Shown here: positions 13,231 to 21,529 of the stretch, piece after piece
Layout of the letters: each line of letters begins with the position of its first letter
How positions within the stretch are numbered: position 1 is the stretch's first letter
Assembly: GCA_049302695.1 (NCBI GenBank)
Contig: JBAQMJ010000015.1
Location: 4,769 to 28,768, forward strand
Direction: 5' to 3'
From: Minisyncoccales bacterium
GTDB lineage: Bacteria > Patescibacteriota > Minisyncoccia > Minisyncoccales > Minisyncoccaceae
Length of the DNA: 24,000 nt
The notes under the pieces: model-generated
What the model saw: only the letters and a program-made list of their open reading frames with translations
What the model was told of the DNA's origin: nothing
Database searches by the model: none
Program-made: the position numbers and the translations under genes

Positions 13231-14700
13231 ATGAACACGAATAAAAATGAATCAATTCTTAGATTCAGCAAGGTATCATTTGGATATGATGACGAAAGGC
13301 CTCTTTTAAAAGAGGTTAGTTTTTCTGTCCATCGCGGTACAAAAATAACAATTATGGGACAAAATGGAGCCGGTAAAAGCACTATTTTTGCTCTTATTGC
13401 TGGAGACATTCATCCAGAAGAAGGAACGGTAAATATCGTTAATGGCGTTTCTATCGCTATTTCTCGCCAAGTTATTCCTCGAGATGAACTCGATTTTACC
13501 GTTAGGGAATTTTTTGAAAAAACAATGTCAAAAGGTTCTGATAAAAAAATCTACGATATCGATCCTAAAATAGATGATATTTTAGAGATTGTTCACCTTG
13601 AAGCTCCTCATGACAAAATAGTCAGGTCTTTTTCTGGCGGACAGCAAGCCAGGCTTCTCCTAGCCTCAGCCCTTATTCAAGATCCAGACTTGCTTTTGCT
13701 AGATGAACCAACTAATAATCTAGATAAAGACGGAATAAAACATCTTACAGAATTTTTAATTAAATATGAAAAAACATGCATTGTTATTTCTCACGATGCA
13801 GATTTCTTAAATAGTTTTACCGATGGAGTCTTGTATCTAGATGTCTTTACCAGGCAGGTAGAACAATATGCCGGCAACTATTTTGATGTAAGAGAACAGA
13901 TTACCATTCGTCAAGAAAAAGAAAATAGAAAGAATGCTCAACTTAAAAAAGAGATTCAAGAGAATAAATATAAAGCAAATTATTTTGCCAATAAAGGAGG
14001 CAATATTCGTTTTGTTGCTAAAAAAATGATAGAAAAAGCAGAAGCGGCTGAAGAAGAAAAGATTGAAATAAGAAGGGAAGACAAGACTATCCGTTCTTTT
14101 ATCATCCCTTCACAAAAAGATGTTAAAGGAGAAATTGCCCACATATCCTCATTTAAAACTATTAAAAAACACAAGCCGGTAGAAAGGAAGGCAAATATAG
14201 AACTTAGAAGGAATGAGCACCTTTTGATCCAAGGGCCTAATGGCATCGGTAAAAGTACTCTCCTAGAGTCGATCGTCAAAAAGGAGGCTACTGGAGCGAC
14301 AATTGCTTCTGGAGTTAATGTCGGTTATTACCGTCAGGATTTTTCAATCTTGAATTTTGAGGACACTGTCTACAAATCTCTTTCAAGGGTGTCTGAAAAG
14401 CATTCCGAAGAAAGCATGAGAAAAGTGGCGGCTGGATTTTTAATCACGGGAGAAATCATGAATTCAAAAATAGGAAACTTATCAGAAGGACAAAAAGGCT
14501 TAGTTGCTTTTGCCAGGCTTGTTTTACAGGAGCCAGGCTTGCTTATTCTTGATGAGCCGACTAATCATATAAACTTTCGCCACATTCCTGTTATTGCTGA
14601 AGCATTGGATAAATACGATGGAGCTATGATTGTCGTTAGCCATGTGCCTGATTTTATAAGCAAGATACGTATTGATAAGATATTGGATCTAGAAGATTAA
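13231..14700 (+). CDS. ABC-F family ATPase (two NBDs, no TMD)
   Basis: NBD1: GQNGAGKST, FSGGQQARLLLA, LLLLDEPTNNLD. A basic/acidic linker (QEKENRKNAQLKKEIQENKYK) follows. NBD2: GPNGIGKST, LSEGQKGLVAFA, LLILDEPTNHIN. Confidence 0.9.
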   Translation: MNTNKNESILRFSKVSFGYDDERPLLKEVSFSVHRGTKITIMGQNGAGKSTIFALIAGDIHPEEGTVNIVNGVSIAISRQVIPRDELDFTVREFFEKTMSKGSDKKIYDIDPKIDDILEIVHLEAPHDKIVRSFSGGQQARLLLASALIQDPDLLLLDEPTNNLDKDGIKHLTEFLIKYEKTCIVISHDADFLNSFTDGVLYLDVFTRQVEQYAGNYFDVREQITIRQEKENRKNAQLKKEIQENKYKANYFANKGGNIRFVAKKMIEKAEAAEEEKIEIRREDKTIRSFIIPSQKDVKGEIAHISSFKTIKKHKPVERKANIELRRNEHLLIQGPNGIGKSTLLESIVKKEATGATIASGVNVGYYRQDFSILNFEDTVYKSLSRVSEKHSEESMRKVAAGFLITGEIMNSKIGNLSEGQKGLVAFARLVLQEPGLLILDEPTNHINFRHIPVIAEALDKYDGAMIVVSHVPDFISKIRIDKILDLED

Positions 14701-14708
14701 TATTTTTG

Positions 14709-14717
14709 TGCTATAAT
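14709..14717 (+). promoter_or_regulatory. extended -10 box (TGcTATAAT)
   Basis: Exact TGnTATAAT (within TGTGCTATAAT), 25 nt upstream of the ATG at 14743. Confidence 0.55.
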
Positions 14718-14742
14718 TTAAAAAAATTATAAATATACTTAT

Positions 14743-15060
14743 ATGACTATTAAGCAGCTTACTGAAGAAATTATGGAGCAAGCCAAAGAAAAAGGCTTTG
14801 GTGTAAAGCCAGAAGATATTAATGTTGCTGAAAAGATTGCTCTTATCCATTCAGAAGTCTCTGAAGCTTTTGAAGCATATCGACACAAGAATATAGACGG
14901 AAAGGATGGATTTGAAGAAGAGCTGGGCGATATTGTCCAGCGAGTGCTACATCTTTGTGGTATATTTAATATTGATATTGAGAAATCAATAATTAAAAAA
15001 ATGGAATCAAATAAGGATAGAAAATGGGAGTGGGATAAGATGAACGAAAATCACAATTAA
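14743..15060 (+). CDS. MazG-like all-alpha nucleoside-triphosphate pyrophosphohydrolase
   Basis: Metal-binding helices IHSEVSEAFEAYR and EEELGDIVQRVLHL (the ExxE...EExxD pattern of the MazG family). 105 aa. Confidence 0.8.
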   Translation: MTIKQLTEEIMEQAKEKGFGVKPEDINVAEKIALIHSEVSEAFEAYRHKNIDGKDGFEEELGDIVQRVLHLCGIFNIDIEKSIIKKMESNKDRKWEWDKMNENHN

Positions 15061-15437
15061 TTATTTTGGCATTTTTTACACCTGCATCCAAAAGGCTTGA
15101 TAAATTCATCAAAGTATTCTTTTCCGTAGTTATAAGATAATTCTTCTCCGGCCCCAATATTCTTTTTCGCCAGTATCTTTATTTTTTTACCAACGATATA
15201 GGCTTCGCAATTAGGTCGGCAGGAATGATTGATATATCTAGCGAGATTATTTCTTCCGCTGCCATCAATCGTCCATTTAGAATTAATCTCAAAGAGATAT
15301 TTTCCGCATTTTTCATCAGCCTCTTTGGAGGTTATCATCTTGCCGGTATAATTAATAACAAATTCACCCTTTTTAAGGGGTGTTTTTGTGTACAGGCCTA
15401 AACCAGCTAAAGATTTTTTAACAATTAATTTTTTCAT
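15057..15437 (-). CDS. minimal SET-domain protein (lysine methyltransferase-like)
   Basis: RYINHSCRPNCEA (NHSC motif), GEELSYNYG (ELxxxY motif) and a post-SET-like CRCKKC. 126 aa. Its stop overlaps the convergent MazG-like stop (TTAA at 15057-15060). Confidence 0.85.
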   Translation of the reverse strand: MKKLIVKKSLAGLGLYTKTPLKKGEFVINYTGKMITSKEADEKCGKYLFEINSKWTIDGSGRNNLARYINHSCRPNCEAYIVGKKIKILAKKNIGAGEELSYNYGKEYFDEFIKPFGCRCKKCQNN

Positions 15438-15446
15438 GACTAAAAT

Positions 15447-15455
15447 ATAGTAACA
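15447..15455 (-). promoter_or_regulatory. extended -10 box on minus strand (TGtTACTAT) for the SET gene
   Basis: The reverse complement of 15447-15455 reads TGTTACTAT, 9 nt upstream of the SET ATG (15437-15435). Confidence 0.4.
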
Positions 15456-15502
15456 TATATTTTAAAAAATAAAAGATGTTTATTGGTAAAAATGTCTTAT
15501 TT

Positions 15503-15511
15503 TGCTATAAT
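15503..15511 (+). promoter_or_regulatory. extended -10 box (TGcTATAAT)
   Basis: Exact TGnTATAAT, 40 nt upstream of the ATG at 15552. Confidence 0.55.
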
Positions 15512-15551
15512 GAATTCAAAGGTCGTTATTATTTAATAGATATATAACAAT

Positions 15552-15758
15552 ATGTTTTTTGGAATAGCTTTAATTGTAATCGGATTAATTTTTCTTTTAC
15601 AAAATATGGGTTGGATTGCTGCAGGAAGTTGGAATATTATTTGGCCCGCAATTTTAATAATTGTAGGAATTTCAATGATTTGTAAGAAATCAGGCCATTG
15701 TATGTGTGGATGCGAGCACGAAGAAAAAAAGATAAGTAGGAAGATGCAACAGAAATAA
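15552..15758 (+). CDS. small two-TM membrane protein with LiaF/LiaI-type TM module (DUF5668-like) and Cys/His-rich tail
   Basis: GIALIVIGLIFLLQNMGWI...WPAILIIVGISMI matches the LiaI-LiaF-like TM pattern. The tail is GHCMCGCEHEE. A strong terminator follows. Confidence 0.6.
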   Translation: MFFGIALIVIGLIFLLQNMGWIAAGSWNIIWPAILIIVGISMICKKSGHCMCGCEHEEKKISRKMQQK

Positions 15759-15760
15759 GG

Positions 15761-15788
15761 AGAGCTGATTAATCAGCTCTTTTGTTTT
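15761..15788 (+). terminator. Rho-independent terminator
   Basis: Perfect 20-nt palindrome AGAGCTGATTAATCAGCTCT (8-bp stem, TTAA loop) followed by TTTGTTTT. Confidence 0.85.
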
Positions 15789-15867
15789 GAAATAAAAAAT
15801 ATCAGCTATTGTAATTATAGATAGAGGACCTCTGATAATAAAAATAAATAAAAAAAATGAAATAAAT

Positions 15868-16263
15868 ATGAATAAAAGGCAAGTATTAGTTTTTTCATTA
15901 TTGTCAGCCTTGATAGTTTCAGGATTCGGAATAGTAAACGCTTTGGCAGCTTCTTCAGGAACTAATAATTCCGTAGATAAAGCAGCTCAATTAGAAGAGA
16001 GATATGGCATCACTTTGACCGATGAACAAAAAACTCAAATAGAGGCCAAAGAACAGGAACAGGAAACTAAAAAAGCAGAAGAGTTGGCTAAGTGGGAGAA
16101 TATGACTCTTGATACCTGGAAAACTCAGGAAATAGAGAGAATCAATGCTACTACTCAGGAAGATTTTGACAAGATGAAGGAAAGACAATTGAATATGTTG
16201 GAAAATGGTAAGGGTGGTCCAATGGGAGATCCTAAGGACATGGGAGAGAAGCCAGCTGAATAG
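15868..16263 (+). CDS. secreted Glu/Lys-rich helical protein (hypothetical; YckD/Spy-like LTxEQK motif)
   Basis: Signal peptide MNKRQVLVFSLLSALIVSGFGIVNALAA, then a charged helical region containing ITLTDEQKTQIEAK. Confidence 0.65.
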   Translation: MNKRQVLVFSLLSALIVSGFGIVNALAASSGTNNSVDKAAQLEERYGITLTDEQKTQIEAKEQEQETKKAEELAKWENMTLDTWKTQEIERINATTQEDFDKMKERQLNMLENGKGGPMGDPKDMGEKPAE

Positions 16264-16312
16264 CTGGTTTCCTTTATTGAAAGAAGAAACTGTTCCTGGT
16301 TGTATAAATATA

Positions 16313-16321
16313 TGGTATTAT
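16313..16321 (+). promoter_or_regulatory. extended -10 box (TGgTATTAT)
   Basis: TG-n-TATTAT, 13 nt upstream of the ECF sigma ATG at 16335. Confidence 0.4.
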
Positions 16322-16334
16322 GGAAGTATAAACC

Positions 16335-16895
16335 ATGGAACAATTAAGCGACGAACAGATAGTTACCGCCATTCTTGAAGGTGATAAGGATTTATACAGG
16401 GAAATTATTAAGAGATATGAAGTTAAGCTTTCCCGTTATTTGCGTAAATTTATTGCTGACCAAGATGACATCGAAGACATTCTTCAGGTTGTCTTCATTA
16501 AAGCGTACAAGAACCTGTACGGCTTTGATATAAAAAAGAAGTTTTCTTCATGGATATATAGGATTGCCCATAATGAAGCAATCAATCATTTAAAAAGGAA
16601 AAGAAGCAACAGAGTCTCCCTAGATGATGTTGAGTATAAACTGATAGATGAGAAGGCAGATATAAAAGGAGAAGCTGATCGAAAGTTCTTGAAAGCAGAT
16701 GTTGAAAAAGCAATCGGCTGTTTGAAAGAAAAATACCGAGAGCCGATAGTCCTTTTCTATCTAGAAGAAATGTCATACGAAGAAATTAGCGATGTTTTGA
16801 GAATACCAAAAAATACAGTCGGAACATTGATATTAAGAGGAAAGAATCAAATTAAACAAAGCTTAGAAGAAATAAATAAAAGACATGGAGGATAA
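16335..16895 (+). CDS. ECF (group 4) sigma-70 family factor
   Basis: Region 2: DIEDILQVVFIKAYKNLYGFD...FSSWIYRIAHNEAINHLKRKR. Region 4: REPIVLFYLEEMSYEEISDVLRIPKNTVGTLILRGK. Confidence 0.9.
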   Translation: MEQLSDEQIVTAILEGDKDLYREIIKRYEVKLSRYLRKFIADQDDIEDILQVVFIKAYKNLYGFDIKKKFSSWIYRIAHNEAINHLKRKRSNRVSLDDVEYKLIDEKADIKGEADRKFLKADVEKAIGCLKEKYREPIVLFYLEEMSYEEISDVLRIPKNTVGTLILRGKNQIKQSLEEINKRHGG

Positions 16896-17724
16896 TTTGG
16901 AAAAATCAATAATGGGAAAGATAAAAACTGGCCAGGTGAAGATCAGGTCAAAGTATGTCTTTATCGCCGAGAAGTTGGGACTGGGAACAGCTTTCGCTCT
17001 TTCGGTCTTATTATCTATTCTTTTATTTAATTTAATTCTTTTCTATTTAAAAGAGACAGACAATCTCAAATATTTGAGTTTTGGCAAGTTTGGAATATTT
17101 GCCTTTCTTGAATCTTTTCCATATCTTTTGGTTGCTGCTTTTATTGTTTTGATTGTCTTATCAGGATATCTGATAACCAAAAGCGATGTTTCCTACAAAA
17201 AACCATTTGGATATTTAGCTGTTGGTTTAGCCGCCTTTATTATGATTTTTGGAGGAGTTTTGACTTATGCCAATCTAGGACAGAATTTTGAGAAGCAAGC
17301 CAGAGGGGGGAATGGGTCAGTTGGAATGTTTTTAAATCCTTTGACTGAAATTAGAAACAACGGCGTTGCTGGTATTGTCTATGAGGTGGGTGAAGATTAT
17401 TTAGTTCTTCAGACCCCGCATGGCTTAAGGAATGTAGAAATAACAGACATTGATGATTTGCCAGAAATAACAAAAAATCAGTTTATTATTGCTGTAGGTA
17501 AAAGCGATGGATTTGATTTTAAAGCTGAGAAGATAAAGATTGCTAATAGGGAAGATATGCCGGCGGTGGAGAGAGGTATTGATTTTAAATTTAACCAAGG
17601 AGGAGCAGATCCAAAAGATTTTTCTCCCAGTATGTTTTATTTTAATGAAGAAGAAAAAACATGCGTTCAAAGCTGCCTAGATTTAGAGAGCGGAAAAGAT
17701 TGTTTCAGAGAATGTCGCAAGTAA
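16885..17724 (+). CDS. polytopic membrane protein coupled to the ECF sigma gene (putative atypical anti-sigma/sensor) with C-terminal DUF5666-like beta domain
   Basis: Overlaps the sigma gene by 11 nt. Has a short N-terminus (about 30 aa), 3-4 TM helices, and an extracytoplasmic GIVYEVGEDYLVLQTPHGLRNVEITD domain. The tail is Cys-rich (CVQSC...CFREC). No classical HxxxCxxC anti-sigma domain. Confidence 0.6.
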   Translation: MEDNLEKSIMGKIKTGQVKIRSKYVFIAEKLGLGTAFALSVLLSILLFNLILFYLKETDNLKYLSFGKFGIFAFLESFPYLLVAAFIVLIVLSGYLITKSDVSYKKPFGYLAVGLAAFIMIFGGVLTYANLGQNFEKQARGGNGSVGMFLNPLTEIRNNGVAGIVYEVGEDYLVLQTPHGLRNVEITDIDDLPEITKNQFIIAVGKSDGFDFKAEKIKIANREDMPAVERGIDFKFNQGGADPKDFSPSMFYFNEEEKTCVQSCLDLESGKDCFRECRK

Positions 17725-17727
17725 AAT

Positions 17728-17748
17728 CTGCCTTCGGGCAGTTTTTTG
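17728..17748 (+). terminator. Rho-independent terminator
   Basis: CTGCC-TTCG-GGCAG followed by TTTTTTG. Confidence 0.8.
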
Positions 17749-17806
17749 TTTTGAAATAAAAAAGAAGAGTTATCGGTATTAAATAGTAGAATAATATTTA
17801 TTAACT

Positions 17807-19588
17807 ATGAACAAAATTATAAACATCTTCTCAAAGATAAAGAGCTTCGTATTGTCTCATAAGATTATTTCAATAATAGTCTTGGTTGCAGTTATCGGCG
17901 CTATTATTGCTGTGTATGTATTCCTTCCTAAAGAACAAAGCTTAACCTATGCTACACAGGCAGCTAAGAAGGGAGATATCAGTGTCAGTATTTCCGGAAC
18001 AGGACAAGTTTCTTCATTGAAGAATGTCGATATTTCGCCAAAAGTCTCTGGAGATGTTATCGGGGTATATGTTGAAAGCGGAGACGACGTCAGCGAAGGA
18101 GATATTCTTTTCAAGATTGATAGCACAGAACAGTTGAAGAATGTTAAAAGTGCAGAATTGACTTTAGAAAGCGATCAATTAACTCTGGAAGATATGACTT
18201 CTCCTGTTGATGAACTGACTCTTTTGCAAGCGCAGAATTCATTGATTGAAGCTCAAGAATCAAAAGAAACCGCTGAATCTAATTTGGAAAAATCATATGA
18301 TGATGGTTTTAATAATGTTTCAAACGCTTTCCTTGAATTGCCATCAATCATGACTGGGTTCGATACAGTTTTGTTTTCTGCAACGATAACAGACTCTCAA
18401 CAGAATATTGACTACTATGCCAGTGCTATTGATTTTTCAACTTCATATGAAGGAACTAAGTATAGAAATGAAGCATATGCTAAATATGAGGCAGCCAAGG
18501 CAGCATATGATAAAGCCTTTGCTGATTATAAGGCAACCAGCCGTTTTTCTGACAAGGCAACAATTGAAAGCTTGATTACTGAAACCCACGACACTATTAA
18601 AACTATTTCAGATGCGATCAAGAGCGCTACCAATTTGATCGAACTATATAGATATACAATGAATGATGAGCAAAAAACATACGATTCTGCTGCTGATACT
18701 CATATTAGTACGTTAAGCGGATATACTAGCCAGACCAATAGTCAGATTTCAACTCTTCTTTCATCAACAACATCAATTGAAAATTACCAAAAGACTATAG
18801 AAAGTTCTGAAAGATCAATTAAAGTTAAGCAGTTGAGTCTTGATGACATTGAAGCAGGATATACCGATCTAGAGATAAGAACTCAGGAATTAGTTGTTGA
18901 AAAAGCTGAGCAGGCATTATCTGATGCTAAGGTGACATACAATAATTATTGGGTAAAGGCTCCTTTCAGCGGAACTATAGCCAGTGTTGATACTATTGTC
19001 GGAGATACTGTAAATTCAGGAACTGCAATGGGTTCTATTATTACTAAAAAAATGATTGCCGAGATAACTTTGAACGAGGTTGATATCGCCAGTGTTGAAA
19101 TTGGACAGAAGGTCAATCTTACCTTTGATGCTTTAGATGATGTTACAATCGAAGGAGAGATTGCTGAAGTCGATGCCGTCGGAACGGTTTCTCAGGGAGT
19201 GGTAAGTTATACCGTTAAGATATCATTCGATACTGATAATGCTAGCGTTAAGCCAGGAATGAGTATAACAGCTGATATTATTGTTAATTCAGTCTCAGAT
19301 GTTCTAACTATTCCAGCAGCCGCTGTTAAAACAGGAAGAGATTCTAGCTATGTGGAGATTATGAACAGCAACGGAACCATTGAGAAGAAAAATGTTGAAA
19401 CAGGAATAACTGACGATACGACAATTGAAATAACAAGCGGATTAAGCGAGGGAGATAAGGTAGTTGTTTCTAGCAGTTCAAGCACTAAAAAGGCTACCAC
19501 ATCAACAACGACCAACAGCAGTACAACAACCACTCAACAGGAGGGCCCTGGAGGCGGTGGCGTAGATATGATGATGATGACAAGATAA
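17807..19588 (+). CDS. HlyD/MacA-family periplasmic adaptor (membrane fusion protein), long form
   Basis: N-terminal TM anchor. Lipoyl-like halves (ISPKVSGDVIGVYVESGDDVSEGDILFKID and VKAPFSGTIASVDTIVGDTVNSG) are separated by an unusually long helical region. Beta-barrel/MPD regions follow, then a Ser/Thr-rich tail. Confidence 0.85.
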   Translation: MNKIINIFSKIKSFVLSHKIISIIVLVAVIGAIIAVYVFLPKEQSLTYATQAAKKGDISVSISGTGQVSSLKNVDISPKVSGDVIGVYVESGDDVSEGDILFKIDSTEQLKNVKSAELTLESDQLTLEDMTSPVDELTLLQAQNSLIEAQESKETAESNLEKSYDDGFNNVSNAFLELPSIMTGFDTVLFSATITDSQQNIDYYASAIDFSTSYEGTKYRNEAYAKYEAAKAAYDKAFADYKATSRFSDKATIESLITETHDTIKTISDAIKSATNLIELYRYTMNDEQKTYDSAADTHISTLSGYTSQTNSQISTLLSSTTSIENYQKTIESSERSIKVKQLSLDDIEAGYTDLEIRTQELVVEKAEQALSDAKVTYNNYWVKAPFSGTIASVDTIVGDTVNSGTAMGSIITKKMIAEITLNEVDIASVEIGQKVNLTFDALDDVTIEGEIAEVDAVGTVSQGVVSYTVKISFDTDNASVKPGMSITADIIVNSVSDVLTIPAAAVKTGRDSSYVEIMNSNGTIEKKNVETGITDDTTIEITSGLSEGDKVVVSSSSSTKKATTSTTTNSSTTTTQQEGPGGGGVDMMMMTR

Positions 19589-19589
19589 T

Positions 19590-20297
19590 ATGATCAAATG
19601 CGACAATATTGTAAAAACATATAAGTTGGGTGATGACGAAACAACTATTTTAAAAGGAATATCTTTTGAAATCAAAAAAGGAGAATTTGTTGCCATCATC
19701 GGACCTTCTGGTTCTGGCAAATCAACTTTGATGCATATTTTGGGAACGTTAGATAAGCCAACCTCAGGAAAATATTTTTTAAATGGCCAAGATATGCTTA
19801 GCTTGGGTGATGATGAATTAGCCAAGACAAGGTCTCAGAGAATCGGCTTCGTTTTTCAATCGTTTAATCTTTTGTCCCGTGCCAATGTTTTAAGGAACGT
19901 CATGCTTCCTTTGATCTATGACAATAATATTAAAAAAGAGGATAGAAAGGCAAGGGCTGAAAAAGCTTTAATCTCGGCTGGACTAGATAAGGATAGATGG
20001 TACCACCTATCAAGCCAGCTTTCAGGAGGACAAATGCAAAGAGTAGCCATTGCTAGAGCTTTAGTTAATAATCCCGATTTAATTTTAGCTGATGAGCCGA
20101 CTGGAAATCTTGATTCTAAAACTGGAGATATCGTCTTAAATACTTTTCAGAGATTGAATAGGGAATTCGGACATACAATTGTTTTAATTACTCATGAGAG
20201 ATATGTAGCAGAGCATGCTGATAGGATTATTGAATTGAGAGATGGAATGATTATTGCCGATGGGCAAGCATCAAAAGATTTATTAAAGAATAAATAA
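19590..20297 (+). CDS. MacB/LolD-type ABC transporter ATP-binding protein
   Basis: Walker [12 protein letters not shown]-loop FVFQSFNL, signature [15 protein letters not shown], Walker [13 protein letters not shown] and the H-loop ITHE. Confidence 0.93.
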   Translation: MIKCDNIVKTYKLGDDETTILKGISFEIKKGEFVAIIGPSGSGKSTLMHILGTLDKPTSGKYFLNGQDMLSLGDDELAKTRSQRIGFVFQSFNLLSRANVLRNVMLPLIYDNNIKKEDRKARAEKALISAGLDKDRWYHLSSQLSGGQMQRVAIARALVNNPDLILADEPTGNLDSKTGDIVLNTFQRLNREFGHTIVLITHERYVAEHADRIIELRDGMIIADGQASKDLLKNK

Positions 20298-20298
20298 T

Positions 20299-21522
20299 AT
20301 GATTTTTAGCGATTTATTAGAAGAAGTGTATATTTCCCTCTCCTCGAACAAATCGAGGTCTGGCTTGACTATGCTAGGAATCGTTATCGGCATAGGTTCA
20401 GTTATTACAATGGTTTCAATTGGCCAAGGATCAACAGCGACAATTGAAAGCAGTATACAATCTTTAGGTTCAAATCTTTTAGTTATTTCTCCTGGAGCAA
20501 CAAAGAGCTATGGCTCAATGGTAAAGGGCAGTTCTGGTTCGGCCAGTACTTTAACTATGGATGACGCTGATGCAATTAAAGCAGAAGTCAGCAATCTAAA
20601 AGAAGTTGCCCCCTTGATATCTTCTCAAAAGCAGATTGTGTATAAGGGAGAAAATACTAATGCTAGTATTTATGGAATAACTTCAGTTTATCAGACTGTT
20701 AAAAGTTTGGAGGTTGCCACGGGAGCTTTTTTTAGCGATACCCAGATAGAGAAAGTGGCTAAGGTTGCGGTTATCGGTCCGACAGTGAGCGAGACTCTTT
20801 TCGGAGAGGATGTTGATCCGATTGGATTGAAAATAAAGATCGGGGACACTCAGTTTACCGTTATTGGAGTGACAGAATCAAAGGGGACTACAGGAATGAA
20901 TAGTTCTGACAATATAGTATATGTTCCGATTACTGTTGCCGAGCATTATTTTACCGGCAGTGAATCATTGTCCAGTATTAGTGTTGAAGTAACTGAATCT
21001 AAATATATGGATCAGGCTGAAGCTGATATAGAAGCACTGCTCTTGGTGAGGCATGATTTAGCTGATGCTGATTCAGCTGATTTCAGTATAATGAACCAGG
21101 CAGAAATAATGGAAACCATGTCTTCAGTTTCAGGAACTTTAACTTTATTATTAGGAGCTATTGCCGGAATATCATTATTGGTTGGAGGAATTGGAATCAT
21201 GAACATGATGTTGACTACTGTGACTGAAAGAACAAGAGAGATAGGATTGAGAAAATCATTGGGAGCAAGGAGCAAAGATGTCAGCGGACAGTTTTTAGTC
21301 GAATCAATTTCTTTAACTTTTATCGGAGGTATTATTGGAATAATTTTGGGAATCGTGGCTTCGTATTTGGTTAGTACGTTTGGAGGAACGACAACGGTCG
21401 TTACCGTTCAATCTGTTCTATTATCATTTTTTGTGTCGGCAGCCATTGGAATAGCCTTTGGTTATTATCCAGCCCAGAGAGCTTCTCAATTGAATCCGAT
21501 AGAAGCATTAAAATACGAATAA
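20299..21522 (+). CDS. MacB/FtsX-family ABC transporter permease
   Basis: An N-terminal TM, a large extracytoplasmic MacB_PCD-like domain, then 3 C-terminal TMs of the FtsX type (REIGLRKSLGA...YYPAQRASQLNPIEALKYE). Confidence 0.9.
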   Translation: MIFSDLLEEVYISLSSNKSRSGLTMLGIVIGIGSVITMVSIGQGSTATIESSIQSLGSNLLVISPGATKSYGSMVKGSSGSASTLTMDDADAIKAEVSNLKEVAPLISSQKQIVYKGENTNASIYGITSVYQTVKSLEVATGAFFSDTQIEKVAKVAVIGPTVSETLFGEDVDPIGLKIKIGDTQFTVIGVTESKGTTGMNSSDNIVYVPITVAEHYFTGSESLSSISVEVTESKYMDQAEADIEALLLVRHDLADADSADFSIMNQAEIMETMSSVSGTLTLLLGAIAGISLLVGGIGIMNMMLTTVTERTREIGLRKSLGARSKDVSGQFLVESISLTFIGGIIGIILGIVASYLVSTFGGTTTVVTVQSVLLSFFVSAAIGIAFGYYPAQRASQLNPIEALKYE

Positions 21523-21529
21523 TAAACAT

